64,000 nucleotides of DNA from Deltaproteobacteria bacterium (GTDB lineage Bacteria; SAR324; XYD2-FULL-50-16), in the NCBI GenBank assembly GCA_018645005.1, contig JABGPJ010000110.1, positions 9,620 to 73,619 of the forward strand, in the 5' to 3' direction. The position numbers were made by a program, and so were the translations under genes. Below the pieces are notes generated by a model. That model was not told the origin of the DNA, did not search any database, and saw only the letters and a list, made by a program, of their open reading frames with translations. Shown here one piece after another: positions 1-9,289 of the stretch; the stretch's first letter is position 1; every line of letters begins with the position of its first letter.

Positions 1-2
1 TG

Positions 3-3000
3 TATTGGGGGACAACTCCAGACGTGGTTCCTTCAGATGACAACAAAATAGTCTTGCAGGGAAACAACTTTGAGCATACAGGGCTCAAGAACAAAAGCTC
101 CTACTATTATATCATCGCGGCGGCGAATTCCGATGGAGAAGGTGAAATGTCAGTGGTTTCAACCGGGATGCCTAAACCACCGCCGGTGCTTGAAGCGTCT
201 GTGTCAGAACTGATGGAAGGTGTACAGCTGGATGATTTTCGATCGATCAAAACCGATTCTGCGCTGCTTGTGACTATTAGTGATGCCAATCTGGAAAAAG
301 AGGCGAGTCTGAAGCGGGCGGAGGATCTAAAAGCGCTGGATATCAGTTCACGGGACAAACTCATTGCTCTTTACATCGCAGAAGGGAAATCGGAGTCTGT
401 TGCCAAGGCGTTGTCAGGACAGTTGTCGAAGGAACCCGAAAACCTCAATCTATCTCTATCGCTGTCGAAAGTTTACCACGAACAGGGTGATATTAAAGCG
501 GCATTGAAGGTCTTGAACTCATCCTTAAATCGAATCTCTCTTTCAGCCCGGATCGCACTAAACCAGGAGCTGAAAACGTCCGTAAAAAAGGGTGAGAGTA
601 CGCTGACAACTAAATCTGAAGAGGCCTATCTGGCCGACGAATTCTCTAAGCTGGGAGTTTCCCTGCTTGAAAAAAAGAAATATATCGAAGCGCTGTCGGC
701 ATTTTCATCCCTCTACTCCCTGTCCCAGGATTATCCGATGGTCAAATACTATCTTGGGCTGAGTCGTCATGGAATGAAGCAGTACAACCAGGCCAAACAA
801 CTGTTTGTTGAACAGGCCCAGGGGGATCTCAAGAAAAAGCAATTGATCGATGACCTCTCTGCCTTGACCCTGGTTCTAGCCACAACCCTGGATCTGCCGA
901 CGATCAAGAACACAAGGGACCAATTCATGGCAATGCAGCAGGAGGAGAATACACCAGAGGAAGTGCAAACCATTGCTGAGCAGGTCACCACGCTGGATCG
1001 ATTGCTTGCAGAAGCGGAAAAAAGACGGCTGGCTGGTCTGCCGGATTTGCGAATTGTTATGTCTGACGATTTTGACAGAGCGGAAATTCAGTCAGGTCAG
1101 AAAATTCTCTTTGCTTTTACTGCGATGAACTTTGGGAAGGTAAAGAGTGAGCCATTCAAGGTTTATTATCAATTTAAGCATGAACAGGGAATGACATTCG
1201 ATATTCCATCTTTTGACCGTTTTCTAGCTCTGGAATCCAAACTGGCTCCGGATTCAAAAAAAGCTTCCCGCAGCTGGGAAAAAGAGCTCATCATCCCGGA
1301 CGGTGTAGTGCCAGGAAAATACCAGTTGATCGCAAACGTTGAACAAACAGAAGGCAAGGGAGAGGTCACTTTCGATAATAACCGCGCACAGTCTGCTATG
1401 GCGATTTCAATCATACCGCCCATTGCCGACCTGAAAATCGGGTTTATCAGCAAAATGGCACCTATGCCCATAACATCAGGTCAGAAAATTGACTTGGGCC
1501 TGATCGTTACAAATAAGGGATTCAAAGATAGTCCACTTTTTGAGGTAGACTATTTTCTGGAAAAAGAGGGCGGGTCAACCATTGACCTGAAAGTATCTGA
1601 TAAGAAAGTATCAGTTCCTAAAGAAAATAAGAGTATTACCTGGAAAAAACAGCTGACCATTCCGGGTAATGTTTCAGAAGGACAATATCAGATTCAGGTT
1701 CGAATTCGGGTGGTGGACAAAGCAGCTGAACTTGACAATAAAAACAACACCGTTGCATCGGGGTTTAAATTAAACTATACTCCTCCCTACAGCGATTTGG
1801 CATTGAAATTTGAGCAGGAACCGGCAACTCAGGCCCTTATCGGGGGGCAATCATTTTCCACCGGAATCGGGCTTGAAAACAGCGGAAATGCTGCGAGTGC
1901 TGAGGGGAAAGTCGTTTATCAACTAAAAGGCGAAAAGGGATCGGTGATCCTCTTGAAAGAGGATCACCGCTTTTCAGCCTTGAAAAAAGATCAGCCTCCG
2001 ATCGTAGTGTCCCGTAAATTTCAACTACCGGAAAAATTTCCAAAAGGGATTTATCAGTTAGTGGCAACAGTGGAACTCGATGATAATCAATTGGAAAAGA
2101 ATCTTGAAAATAACAGCATCGTTTCTAAAACTCGGCTGACCATTACGCCATCGTACAGCGATCTAGCCCTGCAATTTTTGCAGGAACCAGTGACACAAGC
2201 CCTTGTTGGGGGTCAAACGTTCTCGACCCAGCTTAGGCTTGAAAACAAAGGCAATACTGAAAGCACTAAGGGGAAAGTCGTTTACCAGTTGAAAGATGCT
2301 CAAGGAGGAGTGACCATTCTGGAAGATGACTCGTTTCCTGTCCTGAAAAACGATCAGCCTCCAATGACTTTGACACGTGAATTTCAACTGCCGGAAAAAT
2401 TTCCCAGGGGCGTGTACCAGATAACAGCCAAATTGGAACTTGACGACAATCACCTGGAAACAAATTTTGAAAACAATAGCATTGTTTCCAAGAACCAGCT
2501 GACAATTGTTCCTTCGTACAGCGACCTTGGACTAACACTTGAGATAGAAGACCGGGAACAACCGCTGACGCCGGGAGACTCGATTATAATCAAGGCGAGG
2601 TTGAGCAACTCTGGGAACAGAGATACAAAGGATATTGAAGTGTCCTACTATCTGAAAACCCGATCCGGTCAGGAAATTGAAATCCCTCAAGCTGACCAAA
2701 TCGCAAATGTAAGCCCGGGGTCTGAAAAAGGACTTGAAAAAGTGATTCTGATTCCTGAAGATTTAGCAGTCGGTTTGTACCAGATTGTGGCCGAAGCAAA
2801 AATGGACGATTCTGAGTTTGAAGAAAACGTCCGCAACAATAATGACCGGTCTCCATATATCTTTTCCTATGTCAAACCAGAACCGGTGGAGGCGCCAGTT
2901 CTACAAGCTACAGAAGAAGTACAACCGGTAATCGAGGAGGACAAACGGAACAACTGGTTGAGGCACGCTTCAGCTATCAGCCTGGCTCTGGGATCAGCCT

Positions 3001-3686
3001 GGCAGGCGCAAAAAGAGGACAAGAAATTTCAGGACGCGAAAGACAGAGAAAGTGAGCTCGAAAGTCAATACGGCAGCAGTCAAACGGATGCGCAGGTATC
3101 CATCATCAGCACAGAATTGGAGAATAACCGCAACCAGATGGATCTTTATGCACAAAACACAAATCTGTGGGGGGCACTTGCACTGGTGGGGGTTGGCTGG
3201 GAGATTTACAACATATTTTTCTGGTCACCGGATGAACCAGCAGCTGCTCAGGCGGATGCTGGTTCCAGTGCAGACGACAGCGGGTCGCTCATATCCAATA
3301 AGTGGATGCACGCCTCGGCGATCAGTGTGACTTTGCTATCGGTCTGGCAGTCTCAATTGGAGGTCAAAAAATATAATGATCTGTCTGATGAAAATGACGA
3401 CCTGAACACCCAATATCAAACTGCCAACTCAGCAGAGGAAGTTGCCAATATTAGTAACAAGATCTCCAGCAACCGGACCGAAATGGAAAGCCATATTGCC
3501 AATGCCAATATTTTTGATGGTGTGACACTAGTTGCTCTGGGATTGGAATCCTATCTATTGTGGAAGGCCTTCACAGGCACCGACACCGAGAGCGCCAACC
3601 TTCAATTTCGAAATCCTGAAGGGTTTCAGTTGAAACCCTATTTTGCTTATAGAAAAGTAGGTTTGAACCTTAATTACACTTGGTAA
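3..3686 (+). CDS. Large exported protein, 5'-truncated: FN3 tail, TPR-like region, 5 CARDB-like Ig repeats, two helical-hairpin membrane modules, C-terminal beta-signal
   Basis: Frame is open to the window edge (YWGTTPDV...FEHTGLKNKSSYYYIIAAANSDGEG is FN3-like). TPR-like helices (KYYLGLSRHGMKQYNQAKQLF). Five 'DL...N.G......V.Y.L...P...G.YQL.A..D....E....NN' repeats. Ends VGLNLNYTW. Confidence 0.75.
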   Translation, partial: YWGTTPDVVPSDDNKIVLQGNNFEHTGLKNKSSYYYIIAAANSDGEGEMSVVSTGMPKPPPVLEASVSELMEGVQLDDFRSIKTDSALLVTISDANLEKEASLKRAEDLKALDISSRDKLIALYIAEGKSESVAKALSGQLSKEPENLNLSLSLSKVYHEQGDIKAALKVLNSSLNRISLSARIALNQELKTSVKKGESTLTTKSEEAYLADEFSKLGVSLLEKKKYIEALSAFSSLYSLSQDYPMVKYYLGLSRHGMKQYNQAKQLFVEQAQGDLKKKQLIDDLSALTLVLATTLDLPTIKNTRDQFMAMQQEENTPEEVQTIAEQVTTLDRLLAEAEKRRLAGLPDLRIVMSDDFDRAEIQSGQKILFAFTAMNFGKVKSEPFKVYYQFKHEQGMTFDIPSFDRFLALESKLAPDSKKASRSWEKELIIPDGVVPGKYQLIANVEQTEGKGEVTFDNNRAQSAMAISIIPPIADLKIGFISKMAPMPITSGQKIDLGLIVTNKGFKDSPLFEVDYFLEKEGGSTIDLKVSDKKVSVPKENKSITWKKQLTIPGNVSEGQYQIQVRIRVVDKAAELDNKNNTVASGFKLNYTPPYSDLALKFEQEPATQALIGGQSFSTGIGLENSGNAASAEGKVVYQLKGEKGSVILLKEDHRFSALKKDQPPIVVSRKFQLPEKFPKGIYQLVATVELDDNQLEKNLENNSIVSKTRLTITPSYSDLALQFLQEPVTQALVGGQTFSTQLRLENKGNTESTKGKVVYQLKDAQGGVTILEDDSFPVLKNDQPPMTLTREFQLPEKFPRGVYQITAKLELDDNHLETNFENNSIVSKNQLTIVPSYSDLGLTLEIEDREQPLTPGDSIIIKARLSNSGNRDTKDIEVSYYLKTRSGQEIEIPQADQIANVSPGSEKGLEKVILIPEDLAVGLYQIVAEAKMDDSEFEENVRNNNDRSPYIFSYVKPEPVEAPVLQATEEVQPVIEEDKRNNWLRHASAISLALGSAWQAQKEDKKFQDAKDRESELESQYGSSQTDAQVSIISTELENNRNQMDLYAQNTNLWGALALVGVGWEIYNIFFWSPDEPAAAQADAGSSADDSGSLISNKWMHASAISVTLLSVWQSQLEVKKYNDLSDENDDLNTQYQTANSAEEVANISNKISSNRTEMESHIANANIFDGVTLVALGLESYLLWKAFTGTDTESANLQFRNPEGFQLKPYFAYRKVGLNLNYTW
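1788..2516 (+). repeat. Tandem duplication of a CARDB-like domain (units of 366 and 363 bp)
   Basis: Units start 'tacagcga' at 1788, 2154 and 2517. Shared DNA blocks include 'aggggaaagtcgttta', 'gatcagcctcc' and 'ccggaaaaatttcc'. Confidence 0.85.
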
Positions 3687-3705
3687 AACTGCTTAAAGCC
3701 CGAAA

Positions 3706-5709
3706 ATGAAAAAACCAATTAATTATTGCACCCGGATCTTTTTCATCCTGAGCTGCTTTACCATCCTGTTTTCAGGATGCCGATCAGTTGATGATGGGGG
3801 CAATGCGGTTTCTCTGGCCGCAATTAAAGTTACGCCGTCGAGCACCTCTCTGGATGCCGGGCAAGTGCTGCAACTGTCTGCAGCCAGGTTGTACACTAAC
3901 GCCACCACTGAGGATTGTTCCAGCGAAGCAACCTGGACCTCTTCTGCAACAACAGTTGCGACTTTCAGCGCTTCAACCAATGGTCTACTCAGTGCGAATG
4001 CAGCTGGAACAACGACCATCAGTGCCACATGCAGCGGGGTCACTAAAACCTATACGATGACAGTTCTGGGTGCGGCCACACTCGTAACTCTGGAAGTGTC
4101 CCCTGTCAATAAAACTATTGCAAATACGACCAAGCTGATTGTGGTTGCCACAGGTGTGTATTCTGACAATTCAGTAAAGGACCTGACGGACTTGGTTCAT
4201 TGGACTTCATCTAATGACGCAATTGTATCTTTGGAAAGAAGCAATGGCAGCAACTCGATTCAGGTAAAAGCGAATAGTGCTGGGTCGGGTGAGGCAATAA
4301 CAGCCAGCTATGCGGGGATAACTGGATCTGCCACCATCAATGTCAGTGCTGCGACCATCTCGTCCGTGACGGTTACGCCAGTGAATCCGTCTTTGGCAGT
4401 TGGTGCCCGATTAAGTATCAAGGCGACAGGTTTGTATAATGACGACACGGTTCAGGAAATAACCGATTTTGCGACCTGGAGTTCATCTAATACAACTGCA
4501 GCCATTGTTAGTAATATTAACAACGGTGTGACCGATGCTCTGGTCGCGGGAGCCGCTACGATCACTGCTGATGGGGGGACAACGACTGTCACCGTTGGTT
4601 CCGCTACATTAGATTCGATCGAGGTTTCCCCACTCACACAGAGTATGGTAGTGAACTCCAATGTGAAGTGCTCAGCCATTGGCATCTACTCGGATAATAC
4701 GACCATCGATCTGACCAGCCAGGTTACCTGGAGTAGCTCTGATACTGAACTGTTGAGCGTTGACAATACACAACGCAATAAGGGGAACGCAACTGCCATC
4801 GCTGTGGGAACTGCATATATCAGTGCAAGTTTGCCTGGTAGCACGAAAGGAGCAAGTGCTGTCATTACCATTGCAGATTTGACGCTTTCGTCGATCGAGG
4901 TGACCCCTAAAAACCCCGAATTTGCAGCCAATCTTGATCTGGATTTCAAAGCAATAGGTGTTTTCAGTAACGGCTCTACAGAGGATTTAACAGATTCCGT
5001 GATCTGGAGTTCTTCGGCTCCAAGTATCTTGAAAATCAACAATGCATCTCAAATCACAGGACAGGCTCGCAGCCTGGCGGCAGGAACGGCAACAGTGACG
5101 GCAACATTCGGATCAACCAGCGGAACGTCATCCGCCACGGTTTCAACTGCGACGTTAAGTTCCATCCAGATCACCCCACCCGGCAGTAGTCTGGCAAGTG
5201 GATATAAACGCTGGTTGACGGCAACCGGCATTTTTTCTGATAACAGCACCTTTGATTTAACCCGTTATGTTTCCTGGCAGTCCACCCTGACTCCTGTAGT
5301 GATGAATCACATAGCCCCCTTTCAGGGGGTGGCAATTGCGACCGCATCCGGATCAACACCAACAATAACTGCCAGTTTCAAAGGAATGAATGGTCAAGAT
5401 GGCACCATTAGCGGGACGACAACTATTACAACCACAACCGCGACATTAAGCTCCATCGAAGTCGCCCCCGGCAATCCGAGTTGTGTGGCTGGGATAAATA
5501 CCAAATTCACTGCAACGGGCATTTTTTCAGACAGTACGACTTTGGATATGACCTCCTTTGTTGTCTGGAAATCGTCTGATATAGCTGTCAGTATTGCCAA
5601 AAATGCGATTGGTGTCCAGGGACATTTCCAATGTGTCAAAGCGGGTACGGCGACCGTTACAGCTGCATCAGGAACGACCAGCGGGACAACAACTTTGTTA
5701 GTATACTAG
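3706..5709 (+). CDS. Lig-like lipoprotein with 7 bacterial Ig-like (Big_2) repeats
   Basis: Lipobox LFSG-C. Seven ~90-aa repeats 'L.SI.VTP...ATG.(F/Y)SD....DLT..V.WSSS...AGT.TI.A'. Confidence 0.85.
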   Translation: MKKPINYCTRIFFILSCFTILFSGCRSVDDGGNAVSLAAIKVTPSSTSLDAGQVLQLSAARLYTNATTEDCSSEATWTSSATTVATFSASTNGLLSANAAGTTTISATCSGVTKTYTMTVLGAATLVTLEVSPVNKTIANTTKLIVVATGVYSDNSVKDLTDLVHWTSSNDAIVSLERSNGSNSIQVKANSAGSGEAITASYAGITGSATINVSAATISSVTVTPVNPSLAVGARLSIKATGLYNDDTVQEITDFATWSSSNTTAAIVSNINNGVTDALVAGAATITADGGTTTVTVGSATLDSIEVSPLTQSMVVNSNVKCSAIGIYSDNTTIDLTSQVTWSSSDTELLSVDNTQRNKGNATAIAVGTAYISASLPGSTKGASAVITIADLTLSSIEVTPKNPEFAANLDLDFKAIGVFSNGSTEDLTDSVIWSSSAPSILKINNASQITGQARSLAAGTATVTATFGSTSGTSSATVSTATLSSIQITPPGSSLASGYKRWLTATGIFSDNSTFDLTRYVSWQSTLTPVVMNHIAPFQGVAIATASGSTPTITASFKGMNGQDGTISGTTTITTTTATLSSIEVAPGNPSCVAGINTKFTATGIFSDSTTLDMTSFVVWKSSDIAVSIAKNAIGVQGHFQCVKAGTATVTAASGTTSGTTTLLVY

Positions 5710-5819
5710 CCGGGAATGGGCGGAGGAAATATTAAAATGGATACAGAAACATAACCCAATTTGCAAATAAAGAAGAAAACACAATTGGAATAAGTATCAA
5801 AGGTAATTCTAAACCGTAA

Positions 5820-5849
5820 TCGTCACAATGTTTGATTAACTGTTAAAAT
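5820..5849 (+). promoter_or_regulatory. Candidate extended -10 sigma70 promoter
   Basis: TG-T-TAAAAT at 5841-5849 in an AT-rich intergenic gap; weak -35 (tcgtca). Confidence 0.3.
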
Positions 5850-5991
5850 CAAGATCGAAATCATGGCTATTAAAATGCAAGCGAACTTTTCGTACCAAAA
5901 ACCGGGTCAGAAAAGTCCTAAGAGGGACTTTTCGGCCTTGGGGCTGTGTCATCAAGAAAAAAAATCAGGAACTTCTAATGAGAGGTGGCTT

Positions 5992-8900
5992 ATGCGACTC
6001 CAGAGATTAATCATGCAATTTTGCATTTTATCATTAACCTTTTTCTTGTTGACCGGCTGTCAGTCAAGCGATAGTGGCGGGTCCAGCGCCTCAACCCTAT
6101 CGGTGACGCCTGCGAGTTTGAGCATTGCAATGGGAATCTCAAGCGGATTAACAGCAACGTTGAATAATTCAGATGTCACCAGCACTGCAACCTGGAGCTC
6201 TTCGGACACAAGTGTCGTCACCGTCAGCGATTTGGCCTCAAGCGTTAGAAATCCAAAAGGAACTATTACAGCCGTAAGGACAGGATCCGCGACTGTGACG
6301 GCAACATCTGGCGGACTAACTGCGACTTCAACGATTACGGTAACGTCGGCCACGCTGAGTGCAGTCCAGATAACGCCCATCTACTCATCATTGGCGCTGG
6401 CTGCAACACCTGAAATTCAGTTCACGGCCACAGGCGTTTTCTCGGATAGCACCAAACTGGATCTCTCTGAATACGTGACCTGGAGTTCAAGTGATACAGC
6501 AATCAGTACGGTTAATAATACTGCTGGAAAAGGCGGCCTTGTCTCAACCGTTGCTGCAGGTCCCACTACAATAAAAGCTGTTTATGAGTATGCATCAGGC
6601 GATGTTTCAGGAGATACCTTGTTGACCCTGACCAGTGATACGGTCGATTCCCTGGAAGTCACGCCAATTAATCCGAGTATTGCTGTTGGCACCACTCAAC
6701 AATTTACTGCAACAATGTTGGTTACCGATGGAACGACCAAGAAAACCCAGGATCTAACCAAAGATGTTGTCTGGTCGTCTAGTGACGTTGGTAAGGCCGA
6801 GATCAGCAATGCAAGCGACAGTATGGGTAAATCAACAGCTCTCGCCGGGGGAACAACGGCTATTGATTCCAGTTTTGGGGCAACCAGTGCGACTGCATCG
6901 ACGATGACGGTAACTGCAGCAACTCTGAATAAGCTTCAGATTTTTCCAGCCACCCCGTCTATTGCCATCGGTGTCGATTTTGAATTGACCGCTAAGGGAA
7001 TTTACACTGATGGAACGGTTTACACCCACCAGAATTTGACCGATAGCGTAGTCTGGTCTTCTTCTGATACCGCTGTAGCGACAGTTTGCAATTCGTCCGT
7101 TTGCAAAGGTAAAGTCAGTGCTCTCGCTGCGGGAACAACGACGATCACGGCAAGTATGCCGGGCAGTATTACCAAGACGGTCTCATTAACAGTGAATGGG
7201 ACCGGATTAACTTTGACTGAGATCCAGGTGACACCCACTAATCCAAGTATTTATTCAGGGACCAGCCAGAAATTTACGGCAACCGGAATTTACACCGACG
7301 GTACCACCTATTTCCATGAGGATATAACCTCAAATGTAACCTGGAGTTCCTCCGACGAAACTGTTGCCATAGCTAACAATGCGGCAGGCACAGAGGGTGT
7401 AATCAAGAACAGGGCTGCAGGCACCAGTACTATATCCGCTACACGGATGGGCATTTCCGGGACTTCGAGCCTAACTGTGCTGGCGTCTGCTATGGCTCTC
7501 AATTCCATTGAAGTGTCGCCAGCCAATCCCTCAATTGCGGATGAAATGAAACAGCAGTTTACAGCTATGGGGGTATTTACTGATGGCACGACAACAATTT
7601 TAAAAGACATTACAGATGAGGTGATCTGGACCTCTGGAACGGTGGCGACAGCCAGAATCAGCAATACAGAGCGCAACAAAGGGGAAGCGACTAGCGTTTT
7701 AACTGGGACTTCACTGATTACAGCAACCCTTGGTGCAACCAGCGGGACATCCACTCTGACAGTTTTTAATGTTGCTACCTATTTGTTCGATTCAATTGAA
7801 ATAGCACCCGAAACAAGCACGGTCACTATTGCAGCCGGTACTTCTCAGCAGCTTCAGGCCATCGGGATTTTCAAAACCGCTGGAAATGATGCTAAGAAGG
7901 TGGACCTGAACGACACTGTCACGTGGGTTTCATCCGATCCTACTGTGGCCACTGTGGATAATCTCAACGGAACTAGCGGGTTGTTGCGGGGACTTAGTGC
8001 CGGGAGTGCAACAATCACTTGCTATTGGACTGATATAACTCCGACGACCAAGTCCATCACCAAGACTGTCACGGTTAATGGTATGACCTTGCAGTCCATG
8101 CAGATTACACCGTCCAACCAGTCCCTGGATTTGGGTATGACAACCCAGTACAAGGCTCTGGGAGTCTACACTGATGGTACCAGTTATGCGATGCATCACC
8201 TGCCCGTTGATCTGAACTGGCTCTCTGCGGATTCATCAACCAGTTCGACGATCAATAGTCCGATCGGAAGCGATTATCACAACCATGGTATGGCAACTAC
8301 TTTGCTGGCAGGAACCAGTACGATCTCAGCTAAGTATGGTTCCACAAGCGCTACCGAGACTCTTACCACTGCTGACGTTACACTGACGTCAGTGACGATT
8401 TCCCCCGCCAATCCAACGCTGGCGGGGGGTACAAAACTTCAGTTTAAAGCCTATGGCACTTATTCCGACAATGTTAACCGTGACATTACCCATCTAGTAC
8501 GCTGGAGTTCTGGTACTGTTGCAACAGCTTTGATAAAAAATAGTTTGAAAGATAAAGGCCTGGCTACGACCGTTGCCACTACTAGCAGCACTAGCACGAT
8601 CACAGCAGCACTTGGTTCCATCAGCGGATCCACAACACTTACTGTGAAGAACAACACCTTTTCTGCTACCAACCCGGTTCAAGTGACGCCGACCTCTCCG
8701 GTAATGGGTGCTGGAACCACCTTGCAGCTGTCAGCCACCGGTGTGTTTACTGATGGTACAGATTATGGAACTGATTTATCCGGCCTAGTCTACTGGATCA
8801 GCAGCGCTCCTTCAGTGGTGACAGTCAGCAACGCAGCCAGCACAAACGGCAGAGTTTACGGAGTCGCTGCTGGAACCGCAACCCTGACTGCCTATTGGAC

Positions 8901-9222
8901 TGATAAGGTTCCTGCGGTTCAGAGTGGAACAACGACCGTAACAGTAACAAGCGGAACGGTATCCAGCATCGAAATCTCACCGAATCAACCCTCAGGGCCG
9001 GTTGGTTACACCGAGCAGCTGAATGCAACTGCGTTATACAGTGACAACAACACACAAGATATCACGGAATCGGTCGTCTGGACCTCTTCCGACAAGAGTG
9101 TGGTGACGGTTAGCAATGTCGAGGGCAGTAGAGGTATAATGACCCGTATCTCAGTTGGTTCAGCAACCATCACTGCCAGGTTGGGGGCGAGCAATACAAC
9201 AGCAACTGCGACTGTATGGTAA
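5992..9222 (+). CDS. Lig-like lipoprotein with 11 Big_2 repeats
   Basis: Start re-called to ATG 5992 (SD 'gagaggt' upstream; signal MRLQRLIMQFCILSLTFFLLTG-C). Eleven Big_2 repeats and no C-terminal non-repeat domain. Confidence 0.85.
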   Translation: MRLQRLIMQFCILSLTFFLLTGCQSSDSGGSSASTLSVTPASLSIAMGISSGLTATLNNSDVTSTATWSSSDTSVVTVSDLASSVRNPKGTITAVRTGSATVTATSGGLTATSTITVTSATLSAVQITPIYSSLALAATPEIQFTATGVFSDSTKLDLSEYVTWSSSDTAISTVNNTAGKGGLVSTVAAGPTTIKAVYEYASGDVSGDTLLTLTSDTVDSLEVTPINPSIAVGTTQQFTATMLVTDGTTKKTQDLTKDVVWSSSDVGKAEISNASDSMGKSTALAGGTTAIDSSFGATSATASTMTVTAATLNKLQIFPATPSIAIGVDFELTAKGIYTDGTVYTHQNLTDSVVWSSSDTAVATVCNSSVCKGKVSALAAGTTTITASMPGSITKTVSLTVNGTGLTLTEIQVTPTNPSIYSGTSQKFTATGIYTDGTTYFHEDITSNVTWSSSDETVAIANNAAGTEGVIKNRAAGTSTISATRMGISGTSSLTVLASAMALNSIEVSPANPSIADEMKQQFTAMGVFTDGTTTILKDITDEVIWTSGTVATARISNTERNKGEATSVLTGTSLITATLGATSGTSTLTVFNVATYLFDSIEIAPETSTVTIAAGTSQQLQAIGIFKTAGNDAKKVDLNDTVTWVSSDPTVATVDNLNGTSGLLRGLSAGSATITCYWTDITPTTKSITKTVTVNGMTLQSMQITPSNQSLDLGMTTQYKALGVYTDGTSYAMHHLPVDLNWLSADSSTSSTINSPIGSDYHNHGMATTLLAGTSTISAKYGSTSATETLTTADVTLTSVTISPANPTLAGGTKLQFKAYGTYSDNVNRDITHLVRWSSGTVATALIKNSLKDKGLATTVATTSSTSTITAALGSISGSTTLTVKNNTFSATNPVQVTPTSPVMGAGTTLQLSATGVFTDGTDYGTDLSGLVYWISSAPSVVTVSNAASTNGRVYGVAAGTATLTAYWTDKVPAVQSGTTTVTVTSGTVSSIEISPNQPSGPVGYTEQLNATALYSDNNTQDITESVVWTSSDKSVVTVSNVEGSRGIMTRISVGSATITARLGASNTTATATVW

Positions 9223-9289
9223 TTTTATAATTTAAAAATTTCGCATTCCAATCTATGAAGTAATCATGGAAGCAAAAAGAAAACGGGAA

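Noticed and set aside
5863-5991. 43-aa N-terminal extension in the ORF-track call
   Set aside because: The SD and lipoprotein signal peptide fit ATG 5992; the extension would bury the signal.
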